Assembly (NCBI GenBank): GCA_951406725.2
Contig: OX597839.1
Location: forward strand, 2,542,001 to 2,606,000
Length of the DNA stretch: 64,000 bases
Reading direction: 5' to 3'
Source of the DNA: Octopus vulgaris
Lineage: Eukaryota
The position numbers and the translations under genes are program-made. Below the pieces are notes generated by a model. It made no database searches. It saw nothing but the letters and a program-made list of their open reading frames with translations, and was not told the origin of the DNA. Shown here one piece after another: positions 12,242-24,618 of this stretch. Numbering within the stretch: the stretch's first letter is position 1; each line of letters begins with the position of its first letter.

Positions 12242-14552
12242 GTTAGCGACTTCAGGATCAGAGCTAAATGGTCGCCCAGAAGAAGACCAGCTTGGAGGAG
12301 AAGGGTCTGGAAGCTTAAAGATCCTGCAAATGCACAGAGATTTAGAGACATACTACTCGAAGCCTCTGACGAAATAGAAGGGGATATAGCTTCACTTAAT
12401 GTGGAAGACAACTGGAGATTCCTACGGGACAATCTGCTGACAGCTACTGACCAGATCTGTGGATGGAGCAAAGTACCATCTCGACCCAGAGTAACATGGT
12501 GGTGGAACACGGTGGTTGACGGGGCTATTAGACAAAAGAGACAGGCTTGGAAGGACTGGAAGAACGGTGGTAGCAGGGAATTGTATCAGACAGCCAAAAG
12601 GGAAGCTAGGAGACAGGTTTATATAGCCAGAGGGGAAGCGGATAAGAAAAAATTTGCCAATGTTCTGAGCCGTGAGGATGAAAGACCTGAGGTATTTCGT
12701 GTTGCAAGACAGTATGTGAGAGAGAATCGTGATGTGGTAGGAGAGAAGTGTGTTCGCATGGATGATGGTTCACTTGCGCTAAATGAGGATGCAAAGAGAG
12801 AGGTTTGGAGATGCCACTATGAAAGTTTGCTGAATAAAGAAAATGAATGGGATAAAGAGAGTCTGCCAAATGTTGACCCAACAGAGGGACCAGCTATCCG
12901 AGTTGATAGTTCCGTGGTAGCTAAGGCAATTAGAAGCATGAAGACAGGGAAAGCCCCAGGCCCATCAGGAATTACTGCAGAGATGCTCAAAATATCTGGC
13001 AGTGTCGGCTATAACCTAGTCACCCGTATAGTCAACCAGGTGATACACGAAGGAGTCATACCCAATGACTGGTGTAGCAGCATACTAGTCAACTGCTACA
13101 AAGGTAAAGGTGATGCCCTGGATACAAATAATTACAGAGGTATCAAGCTGTTGGATCAGGTAATGAAGGTTACGGAGAGGGTCTTAGCCCAACTAATTAG
13201 AGAGAGAGTTAGTTTAGATGAGATGCAGTTTGGGTTTGTCCCAGGGAAAAGCACCACTGATGCTATATTCCTGGTAAGGCAGCTGCAGGAGAAATACCTA
13301 GCCAAGGATAAGCCCCTGTACCTGGCTTTTGTTGACATGGAGAAAGCCTTTGATAGGGTCCCCCGATCCCTCATCTGGTGGTCAATGAGGAAACTAGGGA
13401 TAGATGAATGGCTGGTGAGGGCTGTGCAAGCCATGTACAGAGATGCCGTAAGTAAGGTTAGAGTTGGCAACATGTACACAGAAGAATTCAAAGTAGAGGA
13501 TGGGGTCCACCAGGGTTCAGTACTCAGCCCCCTCCTATTTATCATAGTCCTCCAGGCAATAACGGAGGAATTCAAGACAGGTTGCCCCTGGGAGCTCCTC
13601 TATGCTGACGACCTCGCTCTAATCGCTGAGTCACTATCAGAACTGGAGGAGAAGTTCCAGGTGTGGAAGGAGGGTTTAGAATCGAGGGGCCTTAGAGTCA
13701 ACCTAGCTAAAACCAAAGTACTAATAAGTAGAAAGGTAGAAAACCCACAAATATCATCAGGAAGATGGCCCTGCTCGATCTGTAGAAAAGGTGTAGGTAG
13801 AAACTCTATAAGATGTACCCAGTGTAAGCTATGGACACATAAGAGGTGCAGCAATGTCAAAGGTAGGCTAACTGGGAAGATAGTTTTTGTATGTGGCAGG
13901 TGCTCTGGAGCACTGACCTCCGAAAATCTGCAGAAAACAACTTCTGTCACTTTCCGGGGGAAAAACTAGAAGTAGTTGATAGTTTCCGCTATCTAGGTGA
14001 CCAAGTCAGTAGTGGGGGGGGTGCGCTGAAAGTGTAACTGCTAGAATAAGAATAGCCTGGGCAAAGTTTAGGGAGCTCTTACCTCTGCTGGTGACTAAAG
14101 GCCTCTCGCTCAGAGTAAAAGGCAGACTGTATGATGCATGTGTACGAACAGCTATGCTACATGGCAGTGAAACATGGGCCGTGACTGCTGAGGACATGCG
14201 TAAGCTCGTGAGGAACGAAGCCAGTATGCTCCGATGGATGTGTAATGTCAGTGTACTTACTCGACAGAGCGTTAGTACCTTGAGAGAAATGTTGTACCTA
14301 AGAAGCATCAGTTGTTGTGTGCAAGAGAGACGATTGCGCTGGTATGGTCATGTGGCGAGAATGGATGAAGAGAGGTGTGTGAGAAAGTGCCAATCCCTAG
14401 CAGTTGAGGGAACCCGTGGAAGAGGTAGACCCAGGAGAACCTGGGACGAGGTGGTGAAGCACGACCTTCGGACGTTAGGTCTCACCATGGAAATGACTAG
14501 AGACCGAGACCTATGGAAGTATGCTGTGCGTGAGAAGACCCGGCAAGACTAG
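12239..14552 (+). pseudogene. Reverse transcriptase ORF of the RTE LINE (two frameshifts at about 13960 and 14018)
   Basis: NYRGIKLL, QFGF, FVDMEKAFD, GVHQGSVLSP, LYADD; then CSIC..CTQC..HKRC..CGRC; continues EKLEVVDSFRYLGD and RRLRWYGHVARM..RGRGRPRRTW in shifted frames. Confidence 0.9.
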
Positions 14553-14815
14553 TGAAGCCATAATCCGTGGCCCCTACCTGGGACGTAGTCAGTCCACCTG
14601 TGCATACCTTCCTTCTTGTGACACTTGTGAAGACCTGTTGAGGCAAGTGAGAATCGAATCGTATCAAATCAAATCGAACCAAATCAAAATAGATGAACAT
14701 CAATGGAATTTGTATCCTTGTGGTACCAGTGCCGGTGGCACATAAGAAAACCATCCGAACGTGACCGTAGCCAGTACCGCAATGACTGGCCTCCGTGCTG
14801 AGGGCACGTAACAAA

Positions 14816-15130
14816 CACCATCCGAGCGTGGCCGTCCGCCAGCCTCGTCTAGCACCTGTGTCGGTGACACATAAGAAAACACCATCCGAGCGTGGCCGTC
14901 TGCCAGCCTCGTCTGGCACCTGTGTCGGTGGCACATAAAAAACACCATCCGAGCGTGGCCGTCTGCCAGCCTCGTCTGGCACCTGTGTCGGTGGCACATA
15001 AAAAAACACCATCCGAGCGTGGCCGTCTGCCAGCCTCGTCTGGCACCTGTGTCGGTGGCACATAAAAAACACCATCCGAGCGTGGCCGTCTGCCAGCCTC
15101 GTCTGGCACCTGTGTCGGTGGCACATAAAA
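14816..15130 (+). repeat. Five 63-64-bp tandem repeats in the RTE 3' UTR
   Basis: CACCATCCGAGCGTGGCCGTCTGCCAGCCTCGTCTGGCACCTGTGTCGGTGGCACATAAAA at 14816, 14880, 14943, 15007, 15070. Confidence 0.9.
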
Positions 15131-15473
15131 TCACCCACTACACTCTCGGAGTGGTTGGCGTTAGGAAGGGCATCCAGCTGTAGAAACACTGCCACATCTG
15201 ACTGGCCTGGTGCAGCCTTCGGGCTTCCCAGACCCCAGTTGAACCGTCCAACCCATGCTAGCATGGAAAGCGGACGTTAAACGATGATGATGATGATGAT
15301 GATGATATATAATTTCAGCAAAACAATTTAGATTCAAATGAATATGGTACTTAACTTAGATGCACCAGAATTTTTTTATGGTATTACCCATAAAATTATG
15401 TGGGGTGATTATAACCAAAAAATAAGCAACTACCGATCCATTCTTGTTGCTTATTTTTTGGTTTTATATATAT

Positions 15474-15847
15474 ACTAGCAGTATCGCCCGGCGTTGCTCA
15501 GGTTTGTAAGGGAAATAACTATAAAGCATTTTTAGAGAGTTATAGCCAAAAAATAGCAAAAAAATGGGAAAAAAATGATGGTAAATTTTTTTAGAGTTAA
15601 AAAGGTGGAGTTGCGTCCCCTAGACGGTCTGTGGTTTGGGTTTCTGATTCTCGACCCCATGTCGAATTTATCTATTTTTTTCAGAACTGGGGGAACTTTT
15701 CAAAATTTTCGCTGCGTTAGTTTTGAATTATGACATTGGGCATGTGTGTGTCAAGTTTCATCAGAATCGGTTGAAAGCCGTGGTCAGAGTGAGGGTACGA
15801 GAAAACAGACACACAGAAAACGCACAGACAAACTGCCGTTTATATAT

Positions 15848-15850
<3 letters not shown>
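15474..15850 (+). mobile_element. Non-autonomous Helitron/Helentron-like element
   Basis: 5' ACTAGC..CCCGGCGTTGCTCAGG; 3' CAAGTTTCATCAGAATCGG...CAGACA..TTTATATATAGAT, resembling invertebrate HINE/Lep1-like ends; inserted in TA. Confidence 0.55.
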
Positions 15851-15880
<30 letters not shown>

Positions 15881-15883
<3 letters not shown>

Positions 15884-16560
15884 CGGGAAGCTTTATGAAA
15901 ATAAACAAAAGACGAAGGCAGGTGGAAAACAAACGAACAATTGTATTAGTATGGCGCTCAGGAAATATAAATAAAACAAGTCTTTAACGTTTCGAGCCTA
16001 CGCTCTTCAACAGAAAGATACACAGAGAGAGAAAAACACAGAAAGAAGGAGAGAAAAAATGTGCGTGCAGTAGCTAACGAATCAACATGGCGATCTGATT
16101 TCGGCCAGAGGTCAAAGATCAAACATGAGACGCGAGAGCGAAATAAGGGGAGATAATAGGGTTGAGGGACCAGCTAAAAGTGCGTGGGAGGGGTCTGGAT
16201 GTGTATGTATAGGGTTGGTGTATGTATTAGTATGTATAAGGGTGTGTGTGTGTGTGTGTGTGTGTGTATGAGAGAGTATCAGTGCGTGGGATTGGTCTGG
16301 ACGTGCGTATGTATGGGGTTGGTGTATGTATTAGTATGTATTAGTATGTATTAGTACGTATTGGTATGTATAGGTGTGTGTGTGTGTGTGTGAGAGAGTA
16401 TAAGTGCGTATGCGGGGTCTGGACGTGTGTATGTATAGGGTTGGTGTAAGTATTAGTATGTACTAGTATGTATTAGTACGTATTAGTATGTATTAGTTGG
16501 TGTGTGTATTAGTATGGCACATCATATGTGATGTGATGTGTAAAGTCATGTGGTGTAGTG
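15881..16560 (-). mobile_element. PLE-like pseudo-LTR remnant carrying a hammerhead-like motif
   Basis: 15881-16020 is the reverse complement of 53645-53785; contains the motif at 15981-16018; abuts (TA)n. Confidence 0.55.
15981..16018 (-). ncRNA. Minimal hammerhead-like motif (A6U variant)
   Basis: UCUUU-CUGUUGA-A-GAGC-GUAG-GCUC-GAAAC-GUU-AAAGA: perfect stems I and II, palindromic ACGU stem III. Confidence 0.6.
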
Positions 16561-16858
16561 AGGAGAAGAGGGGGAGGGGAGAAGAGGGGGAGAAGGGGAG
16601 GGGAAGAAGAGGGGGAGGGGAGGGTGAAGAGGAGAGGATGGGGAGAAGATATGAAATTTTGAATTTAGTTCACGCCCCCCCTCCCCCCCCAATGCTACCA
16701 GGGGTCCACAGACCCTAGGTTGGGAACCACTGCCCTAACTACTAGGCCATAAATGAAATTGGGTAGACAAAAGCTGTACATAAGACTGTTAGATAGATTG
16801 TACCCTTAATTTAAAGAACGAAGCTTGATATACCCTGTCCACTTGAGAATTATATTAA

Positions 16859-17494
16859 CCCATTAGTGCCCATGGTCCTCTTTTTAGGACCAGAAGGATA
16901 ATCCATCATGTTTCTGCAACACCTGTATTTTACTGAGATATCTTTAGTTAGTCATCAGAACTAGAGTGTCTTTCAAATATTGTAAAAAAGCTTTTTATAT
17001 CTCACTTTACTCTTTTACTTGTTTCAGTCATTTGACTGTGGCCATGCTGGAGCACCACCTTTAGTCAAGCAAATCAACCCCAAGACTCATTCTTTGTAAG
17101 CCTAGTACTTATTCTATTGGTCTCTTTTTGCCGAACCACTACGTTATGGGGACGTAAACACACGAGCATCGGTTGTCAAGTGATGTTGGGGGGACAAAGA
17201 CAGACACACAAACACATACACACACATATACATATATATATATACATATATACGACGGGCTTCTTTCAGTTTCTATTTACCAAATTCACTCACAAGGCTT
17301 TGGTCAGCCCGAAGCTATAGTAGAAGATATTCGCCCAAGGTGTCACGCAGTGGGACTGAACCCAGAACCATGTGGTTAGTAAGCAAGCTACTTACCACAC
17401 AGTCACTCCTATGCCTATATTTAGTATCAGATAAAGTTGTATAGAAAAAGATTTTTGGTAATAAATTAAATACAAAAACTGGAGCACTAATGGG
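16859..17494. mobile_element. piggyBac-like MITE interrupted by a SINE
   Basis: TTAA|CCCATTAGTGC ... GCACTAATGGG|TTAA; a family-A SINE occupies about 17003-17415. Confidence 0.75.
17003..17415 (-). mobile_element. SINE family A
   Basis: Full-length reverse copy of the family-A consensus. Confidence 0.85.
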
Positions 17495-19370
17495 TTAAGA
17501 ATGCATGCTTGGCCACTTTCACACCAATTCGATGTACCTGTAGTTTAGTTAATCAGACTGAGATCCATTTTGATTTATTGTCAGCCGGTCAGTGTGTGCA
17601 TGTTTGTGTGTGTATGTCTATATGCATATATGTATGTGTTACAGATACTAAAATAATTGAATATAAGTAATTAAAAAAAAAACACAAGAAAAAAACTACA
17701 AGGAAATTTAATTGAAAAACAGAAATAGAATTCAATTAAATATTTTCCTTCCGTCTGTTGTATTTAGAATTGTTCAATTAAGTAATTTTGTTTTTATTAG
17801 TTTTTTTTTTGTTTTTTTATTTAAAATATCATTAATATGTTTTGAATTAGCTTACGTATTTTTTATTTAATTTGTTAGATATGGACTATCTGAAATTCCT
17901 TATAAGGAAATATCTGTTTCTTTCTTTCTTTCTTTCTGTCTTTCCTCTTTCTCCTTCTTTTTCATTCTTTCTTTTGCTCTCTTTCTCTTTTTATCTCATT
18001 TCATACATTTTCATCTTTTTCATCCATTTCCTTCGACACACTTGTGTTAAGTTTCATTAATACATAACAAAACCAGAAAATATATTTCCCTAAGAATTAA
18101 TTACCAATTATAGATATAATTATGATAATCATGACTAATTAATATTAGTCCAACATTAAGGTGGCAAGCTGGCAGAATCATTAGCATGCTGGACAAAATA
18201 CTTAGTGGCATTTGTCCACCTTTACATTCTGAGTTCAAATTCTGCCAAGGCTGAAGTTACTTCTTTCATGTTTGCATGAGTCAGATGAAATTTACTGAGG
18301 CAAATTTTCTTCAGCTGGATGCCTTCCCTGTCACAAACCCTGACCTGTTCCCAAGCAAGGTAATATCTTCCCATGGCCAGAAACAAACAACCTCACTAGT
18401 ATTCTTTTATTTGTTTCAGTCCAAAGGTTGTGGCCAAGCTGGGGCACTGCCAGGATGACGATGATTCTCATTCACAATCATTACATGACATCTAGACAAG
18501 GGTACACAAAACACACCCACACACATACTTAAACAGTAGAAATATGCAAGACTTTCTCAAGTTCAAAATGTGAATTTGTTTTCGTTATCTACATACCAAT
18601 TATGTTAGAAACCAGCTGCTTCCTAACAGGAAGACTTCAGCTAATTAGAAATAGAAAAAAAAAAGAAAAGACACAAACACACACACACATATATTGTGAC
18701 TTGGGAGGATCATTATGTCAATAACACACACACACACAGATTTAATTTCACTTCTTTATTGTTAGTCAGTTCGTTAAATATCCAACCAACTAATCAGTTG
18801 ATTGTTTAACCAGTATATTAAACAATCAATTAGTTAGATAGATAGATAGATATTTAACCAGTTGACTAACATTAAAGAAGTGAAACTGAACCAGTGTATG
18901 TGTTGTTATTATTATTATTGGCAGAATGACTGTCTCTAGACATAACAAAATTTGTTTCAACACACCAACACCCGAATTCATGTCAAGAATCTTAGAAACC
19001 AAATACGCAAATGAAGTCTGTGTGTGTGTGTGTGTGTGTAGTAATAATGATAATCCATGGATGGAATTTATGAATATTTTCATGCATCGCTACGCGCGTT
19101 TCCGCAGATCACATGTTTCTTAAGATCACAGTCTGTATTCCTGGGATGATTACAGTACAGTCTGTAGTATCCATGACAACAGGTGGATCATATTCATGTA
19201 ATCATTTACCCTACATTATATCAGCACAGCTCAGTGTAACCTCAAAAAACTAGTATCGCTAGTTGGTAGTATCATTCGGCTGTAGCCGGCATAATGGAAT
19301 AGGAGCTTGTATATGCATATTCAAAATGTTTCCTGTAAACGAACACAAAGGATATATATACATATATATA

Positions 19371-19783
19371 TACTCTTTTACTCTTTTACTTGTTTCAGTC
19401 ATTTGACTGCGGCCATGCTGGAGCACTGCCTTTAGTCGAGCAGCTCGACCCCGGGACTTATTCTTTTTGTAAGCCCAGTACTTATTCTATTGGTCTCTTT
19501 TTGCCAAACCGCTAAGTGACGGGGACGTAAACATACCAGCATCGGTTGTCAAGCAATGCTAGGGGAACAAACACAGACACACAAACACACACACATACAT
19601 ATATATATATACATATATACGACAGGCTTCTTTCAGTTTCCGTCTACCAAATCCACTCACAAGGCATTGGTCGGCCCGGGGCTATAGCAGAAGACACTTG
19701 CCCAAGATGCCACGCAGTGGGACTGAACCCGGAACCATGTGGTTGGTTAGCAAGCTACTTACCACACAGCCACGCCTGCGCCT
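19371..19783 (-). mobile_element. SINE family A, young copy
   Basis: Near-identical to 7851-8255 and 24200-24618; flanked by (TA)n. Confidence 0.85.
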
Positions 19784-19835
19784 ATATATATATAATTTCA
19801 AATTAATAATAAAAGGGTAAAATTAATTAATTAAG

Positions 19836-20097
19836 TGGCGGTGGCATGTGTAAAAAGATACGCGCGAGGTCGTTGCCAGTACCGCCTGATTGGACCCCAT
19901 GCCTGTGGCACATAAAAAGCACCCACTACACTCTTGGAGTGGTTGGCGTTAGGAAGGGTATCCAGCTGTAGAAACTCTGCCAGATCAAGATTGGAGCCTG
20001 GTGCAGCCATCTGGTTCGCCAGCCCTCAGTCAAAATCGTCCAACCCATGCTAGCATGGAAAGCGGACGTTAAACGATGATGATGATGATGATGATGA
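19836..20097 (+). mobile_element. RTE LINE 3' tail fragment
   Basis: GAGTGGTTGGCGTTAGGAAGGG...GGACGTTAAAC(GAT)n, as at 15140-15306. Confidence 0.85.
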
Positions 20098-20354
20098 ATT
20101 AATCAATCAATTGATTAATAATTTTACCAAGTAGATCAGTACGTTAAAATAACCTTTATAGGTAAAATTATACAAGTATTCTATAATTATAAACATAATT
20201 ATAATTAGGGGTCAGCTAATTGCTTCACCACATATCGAATTTAGAAAAAGGAGCTAAAAATTTCTTTTCTACTACTGTAAGAATCTCTACGACAGTAACA
20301 CACTTTTTTTACATAGGCAAAGAGAAAACAAATGAATCAACACGATTCTGATTA

Positions 20355-20414
20355 GCCACAGACGTGTTTCGAGATTGAAGTGTTTTAATTACTTACTTCT
20401 CTCTTCAGTGTAGC
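20355..20414 (-). ncRNA. Type I minimal hammerhead ribozyme with canonical core
   Basis: GCUACA-CUGAAGA-GAGA-(23 nt)-UCUC-GAAAC-AC-GUC-UGUGGC: 6-bp stem I, CUGANGA, 4-bp stem II, GAAA, GUC cleavage triplet. Confidence 0.75.
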
Positions 20415-20485
20415 ATTTCCAATTATAAAATTTGAAAGTGCTAGGGTTGGTGAAGCATAATTATAGAATATTTGTATATATATAT

Positions 20486-20806
20486 ATATTTCGGAATGGT
20501 CATTTTGCCAGTTTAGCCAATAAAAACACACGCACTATATATTTGGTGTTATTTTGCTTCATTGTTATTTATTTTTTACATTAATCTTAATATTATTTCT
20601 GCTGATGGTTAGTAAGGAGAGACACAAATAAGAAAGAAGAAAACAAAGGACCACTGATGCGGTCACATGAGTGTGACGAAAGAACTCTGGCCGAAATAAG
20701 ATTAAGATTAATGTAAAAAATAAATAACAATGAAGCAAAATAACACCAAATATATAGTACGTGTGTTTTTATTGGCTAAACTGGCAAAATGACCATTCCG
20801 AAATAT
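20486..20806. repeat. Long inverted repeat, about 106-bp arms with about 110-bp spacer
   Basis: 20486-20591 is the reverse complement of 20701-20806 with about one mismatch; the spacer holds a hammerhead-like motif (20648-20692). Confidence 0.9.
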
Positions 20807-20869
20807 AACAATATCTGTCTGTTTCAACACACGACTTCACATAAAAAATCTTGCACAACAAATATTTAA

Positions 20870-20928
<59 letters not shown>

Positions 20929-23900
20929 TAGATAGATAGATAGATAGACAAACAGGTAGACAGATAGAAAGGTAGATATACACACAAACACACACACATG
21001 ACAACTGGTTTCTCTCAGCCTCCATCTACCAAATCTACTAACAAAACTTTAGTTGGCCAGAAAACATAGAAGACATTGCCTAAGGTGCCAGCTGTGCAGT
21101 GGGACTGCACCTAAGACATGTGACCAGGAAGCAAGCTTCTTAACCACACAGGCATGCTTATGTCTATAACACAATATGACAATATATTGATATACGCCAA
21201 ATATATGTACAAATATACACACACACCTATCAACCTGTTAATCTGTGTATCACCTTGTGTGTTGTTTCTATGTCTATCATAGTGTACGTATCTTTGTGTG
21301 CATATATGTGTTTGCATGTGTGTCTGTGTGCATGCGTATGGCATGAAAGGTAGGTGGAAACCAGCAGTTCCCTATTAACAGTTATTCCTTTGATCATAAT
21401 GCAGACTGGAATATTATGAAAATAGCTGTAATGGTTAAAACACGTTCTTCAGATGATAAAGGTCACTCTTCAAAAATTCTTCACTACAAAGATGGAACTT
21501 GGAATACAAGCAATACACAAACAAACAAACACATTGGAATTGAGAACTGGGGGTCCCCCCACCCCTCCTTTAATTTTGTTTATTTGCTTCTTTTTACTGT
21601 CCTTTTTTTATTACCTTTTTTTAGAAATTTCACATTTGCTAACTCACACACACACATACATACATCGATAGATAGATACAAACACTCATATATTTAAGTA
21701 AATACGCACACACACATACATTTTTATACACACACAAACACACATAGGTGTGGCCCTGTGGTAAGAAACTTGCTTCTCAATCACATGGTTTTGGGTTCAG
21801 TCCTACAGCATGGCACCTTAAGCAACTTTCTTCTACTATAACCTCAGGTTGACTTAAGCCTTGTGAGTGGATTTGGCAGGCAGAAACTGAAAGAAGCCTG
21901 TTGTGTGTGTGTTGCTGTCTCCTTAACTTGAAATCATGTGATAGCTGTAAATGAGTGTCATTGTCATACAAGCAGTGTCATTAGTCTCCAATCTTCCATG
22001 GAAACATGTCTGTCCATGAAGAAATATCACCTTATTTGGAAACAGGTGAGGGTTGATAACAGGTAGGGCATCCAGCCATAGAGAATCCACTGCAACAATC
22101 TTCGTGCGACCCATGTGAAAATCGAAAAGTAGATGCTAAATAATGATGAATATATATATATATATATATATACACCACACAGCCATACCTGTGCCCATAT
22201 ATATATGGGCACAGGTGTGGCTGTGTGGTAAGAACATTCCTTCCCAATCTTGTAGTTCTGGGTTTAGTCCCACATGTAGTACCTTGGGCAAGTGTCATCT
22301 ACTATAACCTCAGGCAGAGTAAATTGTGTCATGGCACTGTTTTTCTTACAGATGGTGCCCAACTGACCCTACTATACTGTGTAGTCAACAAAATTAAAAA
22401 TAAACAATGCACATGTGCAAAATTAAGCTTATAAAATAGCAACAATTTACCCATCGCACTCTGTATATATACAACAGGCTTCTTTCAGTTTCTGTCGACC
22501 AAATCCATTCAGAAGGCTTTCGTCAGTCTGAGGCTATAGTGGAAGACACTTGCCCAAGATGCCACACTATGGGACTGAACCCAGAACCATGTGGTTAGGA
22601 AGTAAGCTTCTCACCACAGCCACGCCTGTACCTATGATGTTTATGTAATCAACAAATTTCATTGTTTTCAAAAATATTCATGATTTTGTAATTAATGTTG
22701 TTAAATTTGCATGATTTCATAATTATTGTTGACTGCATTGCTATAATTTCATAACAGCGATTATTGGTATTAAGGGAGATAATAAATGATTGTCGCTGAT
22801 AGCATGGGGGGGGGGGGGGTAATAAGCAAAATATTAATTTCCTATTATTAATAGTAGTAGTAAACATAAATGTAATCAAAATTAATTAAATCTAAATAAA
22901 TATTAATTAATATAATCAAAATTAATCAAATGTATATATCTAAACACGGTCTCTATTCTTCAATGACTGTAACAGACATTTATTGACCATTATACAGGTG
23001 TTCTGTCACTGCATTCATGATTTGGTTGATGTTTCAATGTTTGAAAACACATGTATCTATATGCTCACTGAGAGATATTTATCTGTAGCTGGTAAATCTT
23101 ATTTGCTCATCGTGTAATGTCCTTTGTTATCTTAAAGTCGTTTCTGTTTGTCCTATTTAGTTTTTCCCATGCATTAAACACCTTATTACAAAACATGGGT
23201 ACATGTAATACATCTATAAACATAAACATATTAATCTTAAGGTCATTCCTGCTTGTCCTATTTAATTTTTTCCCATGCATTAAGCACATAATTACAAAGC
23301 ACAAGTACAACAAGTCTATAAACCTCTGTGTGTGTGTGTGTGTGTATCATCATCACCTTTTAATGTCCATTTTCCATACTGGCATGGGCTGGACAGTAAT
23401 ATATACAACATATAAATCAATACATTATATATATCATCACATTGGACAATAATCTATATTACATATAAGTAATTACATGTATCATCATGTTGGACAGCAA
23501 TATATATTACATACTCTTATAGATATAAATAGATAAATAAATACTGCCAGATTAGACTGGAGCCTGGTGCAGCCTTCTGGCTTCCCAGAACCCCGGTCAA
23601 CCGTCCAACCCATGCTAGCATGGAGAACGGACGTTAAACGATGATGATGATGATGATGATGATGATATATATCATCATCATTTCCACACCCACTTAATTC
23701 GTCAGCACTGAACTAAAGTACAAAACGCTTGATATGGCAAACAAAGAAATTGAACCTACAACTGTGTGATTGGGAAGCAAAAGTCTTAATCACACAGCAA
23801 TGTATGTATATATACTCCATTTTATCATCTTCGTTTCATGTCCATTTTCCAAGCTGGCATGGGTTGGACTGTACATACACACACATGCGTACATATATAT

Positions 23901-24199
23901 ATTATTCTTATATAAGAATGTTGTTGACAGTGATTTTGAAGTTTCAGCCAGCTAAACAATCATTGGACTATTTAGCTGGCCAAAACTTTGAGGTTACTGT
24001 CAACATTCTTGTATAAGAATAATAAATTTGTACTCTACAAAAGAATTAGAGTAACCCATCAGATTAATGTAAAATTATTCTTATTATAACTGAACTTAGA
24101 AATAAACATTAATATAATATATACACATATTTACATATATTCCTCCATATACATAGATAACAGACAGAAGGACAGATAGGCAGACAAACAGACATGTAT

Positions 24200-24418
24200 T
24201 ACTCTTTTACTCTTTTACTTGTTTCAGTCATTTGACTGTGGCCATGCTGGAGCACCGCCTTTTTAGTCGAGCAACTCGACCCTGGGACTTATTCTTTGTA
24301 AGCCCAGTACTTATTCTAACGGTCTCTTTTGCCGAACCGCTAAGTGACGGGGACGTGAATACACCAGCATCGGTTGTCAAGCAATGCTAGGGGGACAAAC
24401 ACAGACACACAAACACAT

Positions 24419-24453
<35 letters not shown>

Positions 24454-24618
24454 CGACAGGCTTCTTTCAGTTTCCGTCTACCAAATCCACTCACAAGGCA
24501 TTGGTTGGCCCGGGGCTATAGCAGAAGACACTTGCCCAAGATGCCACGCAGTGGAACTGAACCCGGAACCATGTGGTTGGTTAGCAAGCTACTTACCACA
24601 CAGCTACTCCTGCGCCTG
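24200..24618 (-). mobile_element. SINE family A, young copy
   Basis: Full-length reverse copy. Confidence 0.85.

Larger units (their letters stand above)
12239..15306 (+). mobile_element. RTE-clade LINE, 5'-truncated, with long 3' UTR and (GAT)n tail, inserted in (TA)n
   Basis: Begins right after (TA)n in frame VVSDFRIR (end of the APE domain); RT motifs; stop at 14552; tail ...CCCATGCTAGCATGGAAAGCGGACGTTAAAC(GAT)n. Confidence 0.92.

Noticed and set aside
13156-13950. Antisense ORFs over the RTE RT
   Set aside because: Shadow ORFs of the plus-strand coding sequence.
14816-15130. CRISPR-like direct repeat array
   Set aside because: Repeats are contiguous with no unique spacers, no cas genes, and lie in a LINE 3' UTR.
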